Assembly: GCA_002189035.1 (NCBI GenBank)
Contig: NEEC01000012.1
Location: 2,852,001 to 2,916,000, forward strand
Length of the DNA: 64,000 nucleotides
From: Utricularia gibba
Taxonomy: Eukaryota > Plantae > Magnoliophyta
Direction of reading: 5' to 3'
This document shows, in pieces, positions 61,075 to 64,000 of the stretch; position 1 is the first letter of the stretch, and each line of letters starts with the position of its first letter. The notes beneath the pieces were generated by a model. That model worked only from the letters and a program-made list of their open reading frames with translations. It had not been told where the DNA came from and ran no database searches. Made by a program: the position numbers and the translations under genes.

Positions 61075-61802
61075 ATGACGTCGTCGCTGTTTTCGTCGGG
61101 TTCCGATGGATTATCGTCTACTGGGAAGGGGATGGAGATAAGTTCTTCTGAGAATCGCGATGATAACTCCGCGATACCGTGGAAATCTGAAGCCCGGCAG
61201 CGAATCTATTCATCCAAATTGTTCCATGCGCTGCGGCATCTCAGGGTGAGCGGCGGCGTGTCGGGAGAGAAGGCGCTGCCTCCGAAGCGAGTGCGGGACG
61301 CCGCGTACAGATTGCTGGCCACGGCGGCTAAAGGCCGATCGCGGTGGAGCCGAGCGATTCTCAGCTCCCGGCTTCAAATGAAGTTCGCGAAGAGGAATAG
61401 CGTGGTGAAGCGATACCACAGATTGATGAATTCCGCAATCACTACCGGTAACAGCCGGTTACAGTGGAAATCCAAGTCGACTCTTTCTCGCCTGAAAACC
61501 AACGACTTGCCGGCGTTCCAGAGAAAAGCTCGGGTCCTGAGCAAGCTGATCCCCGGTTGCCGGAAACAGCCCCTACTCGTCGTTTTGGAGGAGGTGATAG
61601 ATTACATACCCGCCCTAGAAATGCAGGTAACAAAACAACACAACACTACCTTTTCTATCTTAATCACCCCATCAAGTCACACAGTTCCTTGATCATGATT
61701 TCGCAGATTCGGGCCATGAGCGAGTTAGCACAGCGTCTCTCAAGCAATGGATCTACAACGGCGTCCGATGACGCGGGTTCAAGTGGAGTCTCCCCAAGCT
61801 GA
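61075..61802 (+). CDS. atypical bHLH (AIF/bHLH147-148-like); 2 exons
   Basis: WKSEARQRIYSSKLFHAL, VRDAAYRLLATAAKGRSRWSRAIL, RKARVLSKLIPGCRK, LEEVIDYIPALEMQ|IRAMSELA. Intron 61627-61706. Confidence 0.92.
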
Positions 61803-64000
61803 GGGATGCACTCCCCACTCTCAGTAAGATCACACTATGTCAATTGGTTTCCTTCCCATACCCAGAATGTCTGCATGGGAAGCTGATGGAATTGGGTGCT
61901 TTTTTGTTGATGATGATGGGTTTTGTGATGTTTTCTCTGGAACACCATGAAATGGAGCACTGTGTGTCTTTAAGCTTTTCTTTGGGAATTGAAGGATCTG
62001 AGTTCGCTGTTTTGCACTGCCATGACAACACCCCAATAATGGCTGGGTGGTGGGGGTGGGGGGCTCTCATCCCTGATAAATTCTCATGTCAGTTGGGGGA
62101 GAACTCCATTAATTCTTCATCTCCTTCCCCTCGTCTGTATTCATTTCAAGTTGCAACTCATATATAATACTACCCGGAAATAGCGTATTTTTCGAAAAAG
62201 GGAGAAGCTGCTCTAGAAAGTATGAGTGAACAGGGATCCCCTTATCTGGATAAGCCAGGGGGGGTAAATTCTACAAGTGAAAAAAGGGGAATTGTGCATT
62301 ACAGTCTGTGAACTGAACTCCTTGTCTTCTTCCTCTTCTTCTTCTTCTGCTTACTCGAAGCAGAAGCAGCAGAAGATGAAATTAATGGAGAAGCGGCCAG
62401 GGCAGGGAACAGAAGCGAGGACCATAGGACACAATGCAGCAAAAGTGACAAACCAAAAACATTGAATTGCGTGTCGAATGAAAAGGGGACTCCGATTGTG
62501 TTCTTTTATTGTTTACCAGCTTGTTAAAATAATTGCATCCTCCTTGTGTCAGGCTTATTACTCCCACCACCACCGTGAGGGCGGGGCAGCATTCAATGCC
62601 CATGCGCATTCACCCGACCCGACCCGACCCATTCCCCACCAGTAAATTTTTGAATGCTGGGGAGGATAGATCCACTATTTCTACTGCGTGGCAATGCCAT
62701 GAAGAAAGAAAAAGGTCACATGTCCTATTTTCTCTGCCATTACACATGAGATTGACAAGAAGGTGAGGCAGCAGCAGAGGAGAAGGGAAGGGAAGAAAGA
62801 AAGAAGAAGACACCCTGAGTGCTTCTTCCTCTTTGTCATGTATTCAGTTTGACTTGGTAAAAAAAGTAGTTGCCCCCAACAGGCAACAGGAGCCACATGC
62901 CCTCTTCAGTTTCCCTGCTCCCACATGCCCTCTATCTCTCTCTCCCCCTGCAGCTTACCCAAACTTCCATCTTGCCATCACACACACCTCACTACCATCC
63001 ATTCCGCAAACCGGATGGTCCCTTTTCTGGCCTTTTTTATTGCCCCAAAAGGGCAACTTGTTTGATCAAATTCAATGATAGCAGCAGCAGTACCCATAGC
63101 ATTTGCTCCTGCTACTACTACTCCTACACATGCTGCCGACACCCAGCTGACGTACGCCTTCCTTGCTGCGCTTGTGGGTCGGGGTTCACGATGCCAACGG
63201 CCGTCGCCGATGGCCCAGTCCACAGTTCAACAGTCGTGATTGTGCGCGAGATCAATCCGTCACTGTTTCCTGGCACGTGGACGCTGATCCAAACAGTCAG
63301 TCAACAGACCCTCCTGGGCCCTGCCACCACCACCATGGACATCACCCATCAGGCCCAATCAAAGGGCACGGCCCAACTGAATAAACCACCCATATTTAAT
63401 AAAACCAAGAAACTTATATGACGATATTTCATATTAATTACAGATAATAGAGGAGACGTGATTCAATAGAATTATCATAGTAGTATTGTATGAGGTATTT
63501 TTTAAAAAAAAAACATAAAATTATGAGAATTGAATACGAAATATTAGTATGACTCGAAATCGCATGTTCAGAATACCAGCCGCCGCCTGAGGAGTCTCCG
63601 CATCGGATCCATTATCAGCAGATAAAACCACACTCCCCACCCATCGCCGTTTCTGTTCGAATCGCCTTCCTAATGAGAATGAAGCATTGTGGAAGAAGAA
63701 TAACCCCCGTTGGAACAGATTTTTTTTGACGATCCATAAATGGATTTGGCGGCGGTCAATGGGCAGGCCCGGGCGGAGCAGCGGCGGACCTGCGGGGCCG
63801 GGGCCTATGGAATGGCCTGCCCTCTGCGCATTCAATGCGTCCCCCATCTACAAACCTCTCTGATGAGCCCCCATTTCTCTACAAACCCCAAGATGCGATG
63901 ATGCATGGGAACACAAGAGAAGAAACTCCCGATTCATCTCCACCGAGCCACTGCATAACTCATGAAATCCAAACTCACACACAGAACCTCCCAAATTTCT

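Noticed and set aside
61844-63847. ORFs of 70-183 aa downstream of the bHLH gene
   Set aside because: Low-complexity purine/pyrimidine tracts with no domains or splice structure; more likely regulatory DNA.
1-64000. rRNA, tRNA, known miRNA hairpins, CRISPR arrays, intact transposase or retroelement ORFs
   Set aside because: None recognised on either strand by manual reading; tRNAscan-SE and Infernal would be needed to exclude them formally.

Overview
Gene-dense eudicot nuclear DNA with short introns; a compact asterid/Lamiales-type genome is my inference, not shown by the sequence. I can support 17 conserved protein-coding genes. In order: At4g22758/DUF7054-type protein, BAM-type LRR receptor kinase, COX6A, EPFL2-like peptide, PUCHI-like ERF, 5-finger CCCH protein, ALWAYS EARLY (LIN9), SNF4/AKINbetagamma, a 6-exon coiled-coil protein, xyloglucan xylosyltransferase, P-class PPR, DnaJ49-like, MATE DTX55-like, GEX2, TEN1, a QALGGH C2H2 zinc finger and an AIF-type bHLH. 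There are also two candidate small genes, a collapsed pterin-aldehyde-reductase (SDR) pseudogene, a Tourist-like MITE and a 110-bp tandem duplication. No rRNA, tRNA or CRISPR array was seen. Three single-base deficits in G runs break the BAM and CCCH reading frames and look like consensus errors. The most striking unexplained pattern is that five or six intergenic spacers appear to be heavily eroded PLS/E-class PPR (organelle RNA-editing factor) genes. That call rests on manual motif reading and needs HMM confirmation. All family assignments come from recalled motifs; no database search was run.
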